Shown here one piece after another: positions 1 to 9,776 of a stretch of 64,000 nt of DNA. The DNA lies in the NCBI GenBank assembly GCA_965660445.1, contig CBFIAK010000001.1:256001-320000 (forward strand), in the 5' to 3' direction. The stretch is from Patescibacteria group bacterium (GTDB lineage Bacteria; Patescibacteriota; Gracilibacteria; UBA4473). Under the pieces are notes generated by a model. The model searched no databases and was not told where the DNA came from. It was given only the letters and a program-made list of their open reading frames with translations. The position numbers and the translations under genes were made by a program. Position 1 is the stretch's first letter. Every line of letters starts with the position of its first letter.

Positions 1-104
1 ATAGAAGCATATCGTCGTTTAGAACCTCCTAATACTTTGATACACATTACTGATTTTGCACCAGTATTATCAGCCACACGAAGCCGGGTCATATGTTGAA
101 TCAT
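1..104 (-). CDS. rplN: 50S ribosomal protein L14 (5' part, truncated by window edge)
   Basis: Manual translation [34 protein letters not shown]; ATG overlaps the rpsQ TGA (ATGA). Confidence 0.96.
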   Translation of the reverse strand, partial: MIQHMTRLRVADNTGAKSVMCIKVLGGSKRRYAS

Positions 105-331
105 GAGAGTACTTCAGATAAGGTCCAAGATTTAAGTTTTGAAATCGGACGACATGGCTTAATGATCACCGAATCTCCAATTTGAGCTGATCCATTTTCA
201 GCGTGCACAAGAAAGTTTCGTGTTTTCTGAAATCGTTTTTTGTATTTCGGATGAGTCAAGTACTCTACAACTTCTACCTTGAGAGTCTTGTCACCAGATT
301 GTTTTACAACGGTTCCTTTTTTGGTTATCAT
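101..331 (-). CDS. rpsQ: 30S ribosomal protein S17
   Basis: G.VV...DKT..V, HPKYKK, GD.V.I..CRPISK.K.W motifs; position between rpmC and rplN. Confidence 0.97.
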   Translation of the reverse strand: MITKKGTVVKQSGDKTLKVEVVEYLTHPKYKKRFQKTRNFLVHAENGSAQIGDSVIIKPCRPISKLKSWTLSEVLS

Positions 332-341
332 GAGATATAAA

Positions 342-542
342 TTATTGTTTTAATGAATGCTCTTTCTGAAGTGTCAGGATCTGAGCAATATTTTTTTTGA
401 GTTTTTTGAGTTGTGCTGTGTTTTGGTTTTGCCCTGTGTTGACATGAAACCGAGCAACAGACCACTCCCGTCGTGTTTTTTTGAGCAACTCTTTGAGCTT
501 TGTTTCTGATAATTGGCGGATTTCTTTGATTTTCATGGTCAT
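342..542 (-). CDS. rpmC: 50S ribosomal protein L29
   Basis: KIKEIRQLS..EL..L..RF..TGQ..N...KK.IAQILT pattern; synteny. Confidence 0.93.
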   Translation of the reverse strand: MTMKIKEIRQLSETKLKELLKKTRREWSVARFHVNTGQNQNTAQLKKLKKNIAQILTLQKEHSLKQ

Positions 543-958
543 TAAATGTCTTTAGTAATAATCATGCATTGAAATGGAAGCTTGTAGGTCGCAAGCTTTA
601 ACGCTTCGCGCATCAATTCCATATCAGCACCTGCCATTTCGAACAATACTTTTCCTGGTCGAATTTGACTCACCCATTTATCGGGTGCTCCTTTCCCAGA
701 TCCCATTGGAACTTCTGCTCCTTTAGCGGTTAGAATTTTATCTGGAAATACGCGAATCCATACCTTTCCACCTCGTTTTACCTTACGGGTAATGGTTCGA
801 CGTGCTGACTCGATTTGTCGAGATGTTATTTCTCCTCGAGAAATAGCTTTGATAGCAATTTCCCCAAATGAAATATCAGCCCCTCGCACAGAAATTCCTT
901 TTGATTGGCTTCTGAGTCGGTGTTGTTTTCGAAACTTCGTTTTCTTCGGTTGTAACAT
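542..958 (-). CDS. rplP: 50S ribosomal protein L16
   Basis: MLQPKKTKFRKQHR, RQIESARR, GKVWIRVFPDK, MGSGKG, KLP motifs. Confidence 0.98.
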   Translation of the reverse strand: MLQPKKTKFRKQHRLRSQSKGISVRGADISFGEIAIKAISRGEITSRQIESARRTITRKVKRGGKVWIRVFPDKILTAKGAEVPMGSGKGAPDKWVSQIRPGKVLFEMAGADMELMREALKLATYKLPFQCMIITKDI

Positions 959-983
959 GCGTAATATAACGAAAAGCTGTCAG

Positions 984-1011
984 ATTGTATGAATACTTCA
1001 ATCATTGTCAA
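984..1011 (-). promoter_or_regulatory. sigma70-type promoter for rplP-rpmC-rpsQ-rplN
   Basis: TTGACA-16 nt-TACAAT on the minus strand, ~25 nt upstream of the rplP ATG. Confidence 0.7.
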
Positions 1012-1111
1012 GTAAGTTTTGCCTCTTTTTCCTATTTTCTGTTTTTTGGGTTTTGAAAAACAAAAATTATTTTTTGAATTTTTCGAGAACGTTCCATACA
1101 ATAAACTCATC

Positions 1112-2626
1112 ATGAATAAAGTTCACCTTATTGTGCTCGATGGTGTGGGGTATGGAAAAAAAGATGCAGGAGATGCTTTTTTTCATGCTCATACTCCTTA
1201 TATTGATTCGTTATTATCTCAACATCCAAATACGACACTCAAAACATATGGTGCTTCTGTGGGCTTGCCTGAGTTTCAAACTGGGGGGTCTGAGGTAGGG
1301 CATATAACCCTTGGTGCAGGGCGTCCAGTAAAACACTTGCTTACGAAAATAAATGATCAAATTGAGTCTGGAGAATTTTTTACAAACCCTGTTCTTGTAC
1401 AATTACATGAAAAAGCAGCAAAACTCGGACGCATTCATTATATGGGGTTGTTGTCTGATGGTGGTATTCATAGTTTTCAGCCTCATTTGTACGGACTTTT
1501 GAAAATGGCTCAGTCGTATGGAATTGAGCAAGTGTTTATCCATGGCGCGCTTGATGGGCGAGATGTAGGGGAACGCACCGCTCGTGAGTTTCTTCGTGAA
1601 CTCGATACCAAAAATGGAACAATTGCGTCTCTCTGTGGACGATTTTATATGATGGATCGAGACCAAAACTGGGACAGAATTGAAAAATCGTATGCGGTTC
1701 TGACCGGAAAAACACCATCAACGAGCTCTGATTGGCAGTCTTATCTTGATGATTATTATGCTCATCACACAGAATCCGATTATTATGCGCAACCAGTGTT
1801 ATTACAGAAAGAAGGAGCGATGAGACCTGATGATGTATTGATTAATTTCAATTTTCGAACCGATAGAATGCGTCAAATTTCAAGTGCTTTATGTGATGAT
1901 GAGTTTTCTCTGTTTCAAAGAGATATACAAATAAACCCAAATAATTACGGAGTGTTTGGAAGCTATTATGAAGGAGCACATGTAGTATTTGCATTAGGGG
2001 GCGCGCAATCGATTCAAAACACTTTTGGCGCCGTCATAGAGCATTACAAAAAAACACAGTTGAGAATCACAGAGACAGAAAAGTTTAATCATGTTACGTT
2101 CTTTTTTTCTGGTGAACGAAAAGAAAAGTTCGAAGGTGAAGACAGAATTCTTCTTCCGTCTCCAAAATGCCCGAGTTATGCAGAAAAACCAGAGATGTCA
2201 GCACATGCTCAAACAGAAGCACTCTTAGAATCTATTGAACATCATGCTTATGATGCCGTTATTCAAAATTATGCGAATGGTGATTTAGTGGGACATTCGG
2301 GGAGTTTTAAAGCAGCTGTTCGTGCTGTTGAAGTAGTGGATGAGTGTTTATCGAAAGTTGTCCCGTTTATGAAAGAAAAAGGATACGATATTCTTATTTT
2401 AGCTGATCATGGAAACTGTGACCAAATGTTATATGAAAACGGAGAAGTCTGCGCTTCACACACAAAAAATCCGGTGCCATGTATACTCATTTCTGATCGA
2501 TATGCGTCTCACCATATGCGAGATGGTGGCACATTAGCCGATGTAGCGCCTACGTTACTCACCTTGCTTGGGTTGCCAATTCCAGACGAAATGACGGGGT
2601 CATCACTGATTATTGATTCTGAATGA
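1112..2626 (+). CDS. gpmI: 2,3-bisphosphoglycerate-independent phosphoglycerate mutase
   Basis: LIVLDG, GSEVGH, LLSDGGIHS, DGRD, GRFY.MDRD, FNFRTDR, ETEK..HVTFFF, DLVGHSG, ADHGN motifs; start set at ATG 1112. Confidence 0.97.
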   Translation: MNKVHLIVLDGVGYGKKDAGDAFFHAHTPYIDSLLSQHPNTTLKTYGASVGLPEFQTGGSEVGHITLGAGRPVKHLLTKINDQIESGEFFTNPVLVQLHEKAAKLGRIHYMGLLSDGGIHSFQPHLYGLLKMAQSYGIEQVFIHGALDGRDVGERTAREFLRELDTKNGTIASLCGRFYMMDRDQNWDRIEKSYAVLTGKTPSTSSDWQSYLDDYYAHHTESDYYAQPVLLQKEGAMRPDDVLINFNFRTDRMRQISSALCDDEFSLFQRDIQINPNNYGVFGSYYEGAHVVFALGGAQSIQNTFGAVIEHYKKTQLRITETEKFNHVTFFFSGERKEKFEGEDRILLPSPKCPSYAEKPEMSAHAQTEALLESIEHHAYDAVIQNYANGDLVGHSGSFKAAVRAVEVVDECLSKVVPFMKEKGYDILILADHGNCDQMLYENGEVCASHTKNPVPCILISDRYASHHMRDGGTLADVAPTLLTLLGLPIPDEMTGSSLIIDSE

Positions 2627-3657
2627 TATATCGAATTTTTGATCACCAATATAAAAAATCAGGGGTTTCTCTGATTATGACTTTTGGAGTGACATTCGTG
2701 GTTATGTTGATGGCGTTTTTTTTACTCACAGCTCTTTTGCGAACACTGCAAAGAACCGCTCATATTGAACGGTCAAACCAAATTTTTTATGCGGCAGAGT
2801 CTGGTAGGGAAGCCGGGCTTTTTCATGCCTCAGCTCGAGGTTCTGGGGTTCATTTTTGTGATACGACTATAGAATCAGCATCGTGTGATTTAAGTAGTGT
2901 TGATGAAACACTTCAAATAGAACACGAAGGAAATGGTATTACCGTTTCTTGGGGGATTCATGGGCGAGCGGCAGGGTTTGGAGGGCGTTTGTTTGAAAAC
3001 GATGTGTTAATGATTCCTCTTTCATGGGATTCTGCAACAGATCCTACACAGCCTATTACTCCACAAAAATATGATATAGGGCAAGGGCTTCAAGTTGGGT
3101 TTTATAGGTCTGTGCCAACAAGCTCTCTCTTTCGATCTAAGTTTGAAAACGGATTACTCCCTCCAGCGTTCCCTTCAGGGTTTTCGTTTCCACAAGATCA
3201 TTTGTTTCACTGGCAAGTGACGCATGAAGGAGGAACAATGGTTCCGTATGCGACGAATAAAAATAATCCGTGTGAGAATACATCATCAGTGTGTGGGGAT
3301 AATTCTTTTCCGTTTAGCAATATACAATGGAATGTAGCAGGAAAACAGGGATATATTTTGCCAAATGTGACGAATATTTCCCCAACAACACTCCCCGTAT
3401 TTATAGGAATCGGGAATACTCCGACTCTTTTGTTTCGACCAGTCACGTCTTATCAAGGGAATATTAATAATAACCCCGCCCTTATCGAATCTGTGCCCTA
3501 CATAGTAGGGGGTACAAATACCCCAAATGCTTTACTGGCGAAACCAACGTATCGAGTAGAAACACTTGTGGAAGGCGATGGGTTTCGTGTGGAAAAAAAG
3601 TCGACTCATCGACATGCAGTTCCAGCAGACCATTTAGGGTATGTTATTTTTGATTAA
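2623..3657 (+). CDS. PilX-like minor pilin / type IV pilus assembly protein
   Basis: KKSG-VSLIMTF followed by a hydrophobic helix and Q.FYAAESG..AG, typical of a PilX N-terminus. Confidence 0.6.
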   Translation: MIYRIFDHQYKKSGVSLIMTFGVTFVVMLMAFFLLTALLRTLQRTAHIERSNQIFYAAESGREAGLFHASARGSGVHFCDTTIESASCDLSSVDETLQIEHEGNGITVSWGIHGRAAGFGGRLFENDVLMIPLSWDSATDPTQPITPQKYDIGQGLQVGFYRSVPTSSLFRSKFENGLLPPAFPSGFSFPQDHLFHWQVTHEGGTMVPYATNKNNPCENTSSVCGDNSFPFSNIQWNVAGKQGYILPNVTNISPTTLPVFIGIGNTPTLLFRPVTSYQGNINNNPALIESVPYIVGGTNTPNALLAKPTYRVETLVEGDGFRVEKKSTHRHAVPADHLGYVIFD

Positions 3658-3677
3658 GATCCTATTTCCTCTTTTTT

Positions 3678-4466
3678 TTATAAAACACTATCGAGTGTGA
3701 GTTGCACAGGGCAGTGGTCACTCCCTTGGTGATCCGTGAGATAGGTGATGTCTTTTACTTTTGGGGCTAGTGTCTTATCTACAAAAAGATAATCAATTCT
3801 CCATCCTACATTTCTTGCACGTGCTTTGGATATTAAATGCCACCAAGAATAAACATCAGTTCGATTAGGATATCGTGACCGAAAAACATCAACCCATCCT
3901 TCAGCAATAACACGACTTACCCAGGCTCGTTCTTCAGGTAAAAACCCAATAGAGTTTTGGTTTTCTTTGGGGCGTGCGAGATCTATTTCTTGATGAGCAC
4001 AATTCACATCACCACCCCAAATAACGTGTCTTCCTTCTTTTCGAAGCGCGTTTATGAAGTCCAAAAACCGGTCATAAAATACAAGCTTTTCTTTCCATGC
4101 ATCTGGTGATTTTCCGCCGTTTGGAAAATAAATACCAAGAATACACAAAGTGTCACCTATATCAATACGCGCAATGCGTCCTTCAGTGTCATTGAAATTC
4201 GGCATGCCCGTGTAAAATGAGAGGGGTTGGGTTTGTGTTTCCTTTTTAACCCATACAGCTGTTCCACTATATCCCTTTTTTTCAGCAGCATTATAATATT
4301 GAATATAGGCGGGATACTTTTTTTGAAAAGGTGTGAGCTGATCAACTTGTGCCTTGGTTTCTTGGAATAAAAGAATGTCCGGTTTATAGGTTTCAATGAA
4401 AGGAGCGAGGGCTTCTTTTTTTTCAACAGCTCGTAATCCGTTTACATTCCATGAGATAATATTCAT
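3678..4466 (-). CDS. xth: Exodeoxyribonuclease III (AP endonuclease)
   Basis: MNIISWNVNGLRA, QETK, GYSGTA, YFPNG, GDVNCAH, YSWW, GWRIDY, SDHCP. Confidence 0.96.
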   Translation of the reverse strand: MNIISWNVNGLRAVEKKEALAPFIETYKPDILLFQETKAQVDQLTPFQKKYPAYIQYYNAAEKKGYSGTAVWVKKETQTQPLSFYTGMPNFNDTEGRIARIDIGDTLCILGIYFPNGGKSPDAWKEKLVFYDRFLDFINALRKEGRHVIWGGDVNCAHQEIDLARPKENQNSIGFLPEERAWVSRVIAEGWVDVFRSRYPNRTDVYSWWHLISKARARNVGWRIDYLFVDKTLAPKVKDITYLTDHQGSDHCPVQLTLDSVL

Positions 4467-4476
4467 GCTGTTTTTT

Positions 4477-5118
4477 TTAAGAAAAAGAGGAAGGGGATAG
4501 TTTTGTTTTGAGGAGTGATTCTGCTCTCTTTTGTGTAAAATCGAGAGGTTCAAAACTCGTGATAGAAAGATTTCTTTTTGATTCGCTCTTTACGAGAGGA
4601 TCAAAAACATCATCAGGAAAAAGAAGGCGTATTTGTTTTCCAGCAATATGAGAAAGGATAGAGCGGGCTTTTTCATCACCAAAGAGGCTGTCGAAAAACA
4701 CAATAGTATCGCAGTGGGCATTTTTGAATGGGCGTATATGTTTTCGAGCAAGACGTCGAAATTCAACGCTGTCGTGAATGCCTTCGTGTATCATCGATAA
4801 TAGTATCGGTGTTGCCTGAATAGTAAAACAAACATGAGTTTGAGATCTTTTTGTACGGGGTTGATATGGAAACGTTGTTTTATTTTTTTCTATCCATTGT
4901 GCGGCGATTTGATTGGATCGTTCATAAAAAAGACCAATACGTCCGAATGGAGTTTCTTGTATGGCTTTTTGCATCAGTGGTGCGTAGAGTGTTTCTTGTG
5001 TTTGAGGAGATGTCTTGGGATCTATATGCATACGAATAGAAAGAGCTTGGTGTTGTCGTAAAAGGTGTCGTGCTAAAACAAACACTCCAAAATCAGAACC
5101 AGTTATTTCTATGCTCAT
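4477..5118 (-). CDS. Degenerate glutamate racemase (MurI)-like protein
   Basis: Order of elements resembles MurI (GSDFG, KAIQETPFGRIGLF, QATPILLSMIHEG, CDTIVF); both catalytic Cys motifs are missing. Confidence 0.5.
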   Translation of the reverse strand: MSIEITGSDFGVFVLARHLLRQHQALSIRMHIDPKTSPQTQETLYAPLMQKAIQETPFGRIGLFYERSNQIAAQWIEKNKTTFPYQPRTKRSQTHVCFTIQATPILLSMIHEGIHDSVEFRRLARKHIRPFKNAHCDTIVFFDSLFGDEKARSILSHIAGKQIRLLFPDDVFDPLVKSESKRNLSITSFEPLDFTQKRAESLLKTKLSPSSFS

Positions 5119-5238
5119 GTATGAGTGTGTATACTAAAAAATCAAAGAAAAAACAATTTTTTTTAAAAGACAGAGAATGAATTTACTTTTTTCGTGTTCT
5201 GGCTACTATTGCGGTGTATTTTTAATTTTCTTGTATTT

Positions 5239-7002
5239 ATGGAGGCTCGTGAAATTGGTGTTCGCAGAAGACATACTGGTTCACATATTATGACCTATGC
5301 AGTGAAAATGACGTTCCCTGATATTGATATTCAATTAGGAGTCGGACCGTGGACTGATACAGAATACTATCAAGATTTTGATTTTGCAGGACACTCAGTA
5401 TCTGAAAAAGATTTTAAAGCAATTGAGAAGAAAATGAGATGGATTGTGAATAAAAATTTTCGTATTGAAAAAAAAATATTCACAGAAACCGAAGCCCGAA
5501 AAGAATGGGCTCATGACAAATATAAACAAGAATTGATTGATGGTATTGTCGAAAGAAAAGAACCTATTTCAGCTTATGATTTTCTTGATGAAGAAGGGAA
5601 TGTGCGATATCGAGATATTTGTGCCGGTCCTCATTTAGAGACAACGGGCGACTTGGGAGTTTTTAAACTCACTCGTATCGCAGGGTCGTATTGGCGAGGA
5701 GATGCAGATCGAGAAATGCTGACTCGTATTTACGGAGTTGCATTTGAAACAGAAGATGAGTTGAACGCCTACGAGCAGTTTTTAGAAGAAGCGGCACGTC
5801 GTGATCACCGAAAACTTGGAAAAGAACTAGGACTCTTTGCGTTTTCAGAAAAAGTAGGATCAGGATTGCCTCTTTTTACACCAAAAGGAACTTTTATTCG
5901 TGATGCAATTGCGAACACTATTCAAGATATTCAAAAAGAGTTTGGGTACCAAAAAGTTTGTATTCCTCATATCACAAAAAAAGATTTATACGAAACTTCT
6001 GGTCATTGGGCAAAATTTAAAGACGATTTGTTTCATGTTCATGGAAAAGGTGATGTGCAGTTTGTTATGAAACCTATGAATTGCCCGCATCACACTCAGA
6101 TTTATGCATCACAAATGCGATCATATCGTGATCTGCCTTTGCGTTTTGCCGAAACCACAACGTGTTATCGAGATGAACAACCCGGAGAACTTTTGGGGCT
6201 TTCTCGTGTGCGAGCATTAACGCAAGATGATGGACATGTGTTTTGTCGTGTCGCACAAATAGAAGAAGAAGCAAGAAATATTGTCAAAGTTATTCGTGCG
6301 TTTTACACAAAACTAGGCATGTTTGAACCCGGAAAGTTTTGGGTGTCGTTATCGGTTCGAGATATGACAAAATCGGATTCGTATTTAGGAGATATTGCTC
6401 ATTGGGAAAAAGCGGAATCAATGTTACAACAGGTAGCAGAAAAAGAGGGTTTGAATTATAAACGAGTAGAGGGAGAATGTGCATTTTATGGTCCAAAGCT
6501 CGACTTCATGTTTCAAGATGCGCTCGGAAGAGAATGGCAACTGGCAACGATTCAAATTGATTTTGTGATGCCCGATCGGTTTAATTTGGAGTATGTAAAT
6601 GAAAAAGGTGAAAAAGAGCGTCCAGTTATGATTCATAGAGCTATTGCGGGATCATTGGAACGATTTATGTCGGTGATTATTGAACATTTTGCAGGGGCTT
6701 TTCCGTTGTGGCTGTCGCCTGTGCAAGCGCATATTGTGCCCGTTCGTGAAGACCATATGGATTATGCGTATGAGTTGAAACAAAATATTGAAGCTGTCGG
6801 GGGGCGTGTAGAAGTGCTTGATACATCTGAAACGCTCGGGAAACGTGTGAGAAATTCTCAGACACAAAAAATTCCGTATACGCTGATTATTGGAGACGCA
6901 GAAGTGAGTCATAAAACCGTTACTATTCGGAAATATGGAGAGACAACGGATAAAGAAGTATCCATTGAGACTTTTATAGATATAATAAAAAAAGCAGATT
7001 GA
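5239..7002 (+). CDS. thrS: Threonyl-tRNA synthetase (short N-terminus)
   Basis: HTGSHI, DICAGPH, RDHRKLG, KPMNCPHH, YRDEQPGEL.GLSRVR, FYGPKLD, IHRAIAGSLERF. Confidence 0.98.
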   Translation: MEAREIGVRRRHTGSHIMTYAVKMTFPDIDIQLGVGPWTDTEYYQDFDFAGHSVSEKDFKAIEKKMRWIVNKNFRIEKKIFTETEARKEWAHDKYKQELIDGIVERKEPISAYDFLDEEGNVRYRDICAGPHLETTGDLGVFKLTRIAGSYWRGDADREMLTRIYGVAFETEDELNAYEQFLEEAARRDHRKLGKELGLFAFSEKVGSGLPLFTPKGTFIRDAIANTIQDIQKEFGYQKVCIPHITKKDLYETSGHWAKFKDDLFHVHGKGDVQFVMKPMNCPHHTQIYASQMRSYRDLPLRFAETTTCYRDEQPGELLGLSRVRALTQDDGHVFCRVAQIEEEARNIVKVIRAFYTKLGMFEPGKFWVSLSVRDMTKSDSYLGDIAHWEKAESMLQQVAEKEGLNYKRVEGECAFYGPKLDFMFQDALGREWQLATIQIDFVMPDRFNLEYVNEKGEKERPVMIHRAIAGSLERFMSVIIEHFAGAFPLWLSPVQAHIVPVREDHMDYAYELKQNIEAVGGRVEVLDTSETLGKRVRNSQTQKIPYTLIIGDAEVSHKTVTIRKYGETTDKEVSIETFIDIIKKAD

Positions 7003-7087
7003 TGTTTCTTTGGGTGTTTCCTTGTTCTATACACTTGCTTTTTCTCTTCATTCAGCTATACTATAAAGATTTGATATTCTTTGTATT

Positions 7088-7969
7088 ATGCAGGTGATTC
7101 CAGATATAGAAATAGTTTTACAAGAAGCTTTACAGCCATTTTATAGCAGTGATTTACTCGCACGATCTTTTTTAAGAATAGGATTGCCTCGCTATATTGC
7201 CTATAAAATAGCACACAATATTTGGGAAACGTTAGATAATGAAGGGAAAGATGAACAAAAACTCTACAATAGGGCTTGTTCTCTTGTAAAAAAGGATTAT
7301 CCGACATTATTACCAGCGTATAAAAAATGGGCACGAATAATGAAACAAAAGAAACCGTTTATTATTTTAGTTGCAGGTGGAACAGGAATTGGCACTTCAA
7401 CATTAGCGGTTCGATTGGCATGGCTTATGGAAATTAATCATATTGTTTCAACCGATTCAGTTCGTGAAATAGTGCGGAGATTTTTGCCAGCTAAAATAGC
7501 ACCTGCATTAAGTGTTTCTACTTATCAAACCGCGACAATGGTGAAAGGGGTTCGATCTTCGAAAGATGCGCTTATTTTTGGGTTTCTTTCTCAGTCTCAA
7601 AAGGTTCTTTATGGAATAGAATCAGTTATTCAAAGATCGATCAAGGAACAAGAAGATATTATTATAGAAGGTATTCATTTAGTGCCAGGAGAAATGGATT
7701 TTATAAAAAAATATAAGAAAAAAGCTCATATTATTGAAATTATGCTTGATGTGCATAAGGAGAATGATCATAAACAACATTTTTTAACTCGTCATCTACA
7801 AAATGCAAACCGAATACAAAAACGATATTTAAATCATTTTAAAGAAATTAGAATTATTCAAAATTTTTTAGTACAAAGGGCTCATGTCAATAATATTTGT
7901 GTTATTGAGAACTATAACTTAAAAAAAGTAGAAAAAAAGATACTTGATCATATCTATTCACAATTATGA
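7088..7969 (+). CDS. pgk2: 2-phosphoglycerate kinase (archaeal type)
   Basis: ATP-cone-like N-terminus (PFYSSDLLARSF), PFIILVAGGTGIGTST P-loop, STDSVREIVR, IEGIHLVP, H...F..R, RYL.HF.EIR.IQ; ATGA overlap with cpgS. Confidence 0.85.
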   Translation: MQVIPDIEIVLQEALQPFYSSDLLARSFLRIGLPRYIAYKIAHNIWETLDNEGKDEQKLYNRACSLVKKDYPTLLPAYKKWARIMKQKKPFIILVAGGTGIGTSTLAVRLAWLMEINHIVSTDSVREIVRRFLPAKIAPALSVSTYQTATMVKGVRSSKDALIFGFLSQSQKVLYGIESVIQRSIKEQEDIIIEGIHLVPGEMDFIKKYKKKAHIIEIMLDVHKENDHKQHFLTRHLQNANRIQKRYLNHFKEIRIIQNFLVQRAHVNNICVIENYNLKKVEKKILDHIYSQL

Positions 7970-9321
7970 GTCTTAAATTAAAAAAATCTATCGCTTGTTT
8001 GGTAGATGGCGAACATTATTTACCAAACACAAAAGCCACACTCGAAACTCTTTCTCAAGAATATGATATACAATATATTATCTTTATTGGAGGCACGGAA
8101 AAGATTGGAAATACAGAAGATATACAAGCTGGGTTTACGTATCCTGTTTATTTTGCTTATACATCTCATGGGCCAGATGTAAATATAATGAAAGGGATTC
8201 TAGAGTCGCATAAAGTGGATATGGTCTTTGATCTTTCAGATGAACCAGTTGTCAATTATAAAAAAAGATTTGAAATGGCTTGTGTTATTCTTTTTTGTGG
8301 AATGATCTACAAAGGGTCTGATTTTGAGTTTTTACCCCTTCAATTTGATGAGATTCTCACAAAACCTTCACTTGCTATTTGGGGAACAGGAAAGCGTATT
8401 GGGAAAACAGCCTTTGGAGGATTCGTTGGTCGTCTCCTCAAAAATAGAAACAAAAAACCAGCAATTGTTACATTGAGTCGAGGCGGTCCTCCTGAGCCAA
8501 TGTTAGTAAGAGGTGATGAAATAAATATTGATGTAGATTATCTTCTTTCTATTCATAAACAAGGATTGCATGCATCATCTGATTGCTTTGAAGATGCATT
8601 GATGGCAAGAATACCAACGTTTGGATGTCGGCGTTGTGGTGGCGGTATGACCGGTAAGGCCGTTATTTCTTTCGCCCAAACAGGCGCAATGATGGCAGAA
8701 GAGTCCTCATTTGTGGAGACGGTTATTCTTGAAGGAAGTGGAGCCAGTATACCAGAAATTAAAACAGATGGAGTTATCCTCCTTATGGATATAACACAAT
8801 CAACAGAAATATTAGAGTCTTACTTGACCCCTCTGAAAATACTATATGCCGATATAGTTGTATTAACAATGTGTGAAGATTTCTTCGTGTCTGATCGAAA
8901 GATTGATCGTATTATACGACATATTAAACGTATAAATAAGAAAGTTCGTATAGCCACAACTGTATTAAGACCGCTTCCATTGAAATCAATAAAAGGAAAA
9001 AAAGTGTTTTGGGCAACAACGGCACCCTCACACGTTGTTTCTTTTTTGAAACACTATATAGAAGATGTTTATGAGTGTTCTGTGGTAGCATCGAGCTCGC
9101 ATTTGTCTCATCAAGAAAAACTGAGAAAAGATATGCAGAACAGTCATGAGTTTGAATGTGTCCTCACAGAGTTAAAAGCAAGTGCTGTATCTGTCGTTGC
9201 AAAAGAAGTAGAAAACAAAGAAATTGTTTTTCTTGATAATGAGTTCCATATTGTTGATAGGGGTGGTGATATTAAAGATTTGGAATCAGCTATAGTGAAC
9301 TGTCTAGAGAAAAAAGCATAA
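7966..9321 (+). CDS. cpgS: Cyclic 2,3-diphosphoglycerate synthetase
   Basis: LVDGEHYLP, GGTEKI, DLSDEPVV, GTGKRIGKTA, RGGPPEP, HASSD.FEDA, GCRRCGGG, EGSGASIP, ELKA motifs. Confidence 0.9.
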   Translation: MSLKLKKSIACLVDGEHYLPNTKATLETLSQEYDIQYIIFIGGTEKIGNTEDIQAGFTYPVYFAYTSHGPDVNIMKGILESHKVDMVFDLSDEPVVNYKKRFEMACVILFCGMIYKGSDFEFLPLQFDEILTKPSLAIWGTGKRIGKTAFGGFVGRLLKNRNKKPAIVTLSRGGPPEPMLVRGDEINIDVDYLLSIHKQGLHASSDCFEDALMARIPTFGCRRCGGGMTGKAVISFAQTGAMMAEESSFVETVILEGSGASIPEIKTDGVILLMDITQSTEILESYLTPLKILYADIVVLTMCEDFFVSDRKIDRIIRHIKRINKKVRIATTVLRPLPLKSIKGKKVFWATTAPSHVVSFLKHYIEDVYECSVVASSSHLSHQEKLRKDMQNSHEFECVLTELKASAVSVVAKEVENKEIVFLDNEFHIVDRGGDIKDLESAIVNCLEKKA

Positions 9322-9770
9322 AAAAATAGCGTGAGTGTTCGAGGTCTCCGCAATAAATATGGAGTCGAGCATTCGCGCTATTTCGAGTGGGTATCCTTGA
9401 CCAAAGGATGAGTCTCTTGCCTTGCTTGGGTAATCTTCTTTCTCGATAAATCGAGATCCTGCGTTACCGGTCAGAGTTCTTGGGTGTAGAGAACGAATGA
9501 CGCAAGCGTCAGAAGAAGTTTTCTACGAACTGTGTATTTTGGTAAAATACCTCAATTGAATGAGGGCATTTCTTATGGGGGTCTGGTTATAAGAAACGAC
9601 ATTGCAAAGCGGGGAGAACCGAGATTTCGAGACAAATGCCTGCAAAAAATCAAAGTATATATTGTGTGTTGGACAGGTTGATCGAATCCTCGATCCTCAC
9701 CGCGTTTAAGTACTGAAAGAAGTACTTGAGAAGCCGAAGTTGTGAAAGAAAGAAAACTAATTGAATTTTT
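9322..9770. ncRNA. Candidate large structured non-coding RNA, family and strand unresolved
   Basis: ~440 nt with no convincing ORF and at least 8 consecutive hairpins; G-U wobbles favour the + strand, while the promoter, CUUG loop and U-tract favour the - strand. Confidence 0.5.
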
Positions 9771-9776
9771 CATATC

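Noticed and set aside
9322-9770. RNase P RNA, tmRNA or group I/II intron
   Set aside because: No GAGGAAAGUCC or ACAGAA..GGCUUA on either strand, no tRNA-like acceptor/T-arm with CCA, and no recognisable intron core; only weak partial resemblances such as GGATTCGAT
9573-9773. 66 aa ORF on the minus strand
   Set aside because: Overlaps dense hairpins, the ATG lies only 3 nt after the -10 box, and the product has no protein-like motif; cannot be fully excluded
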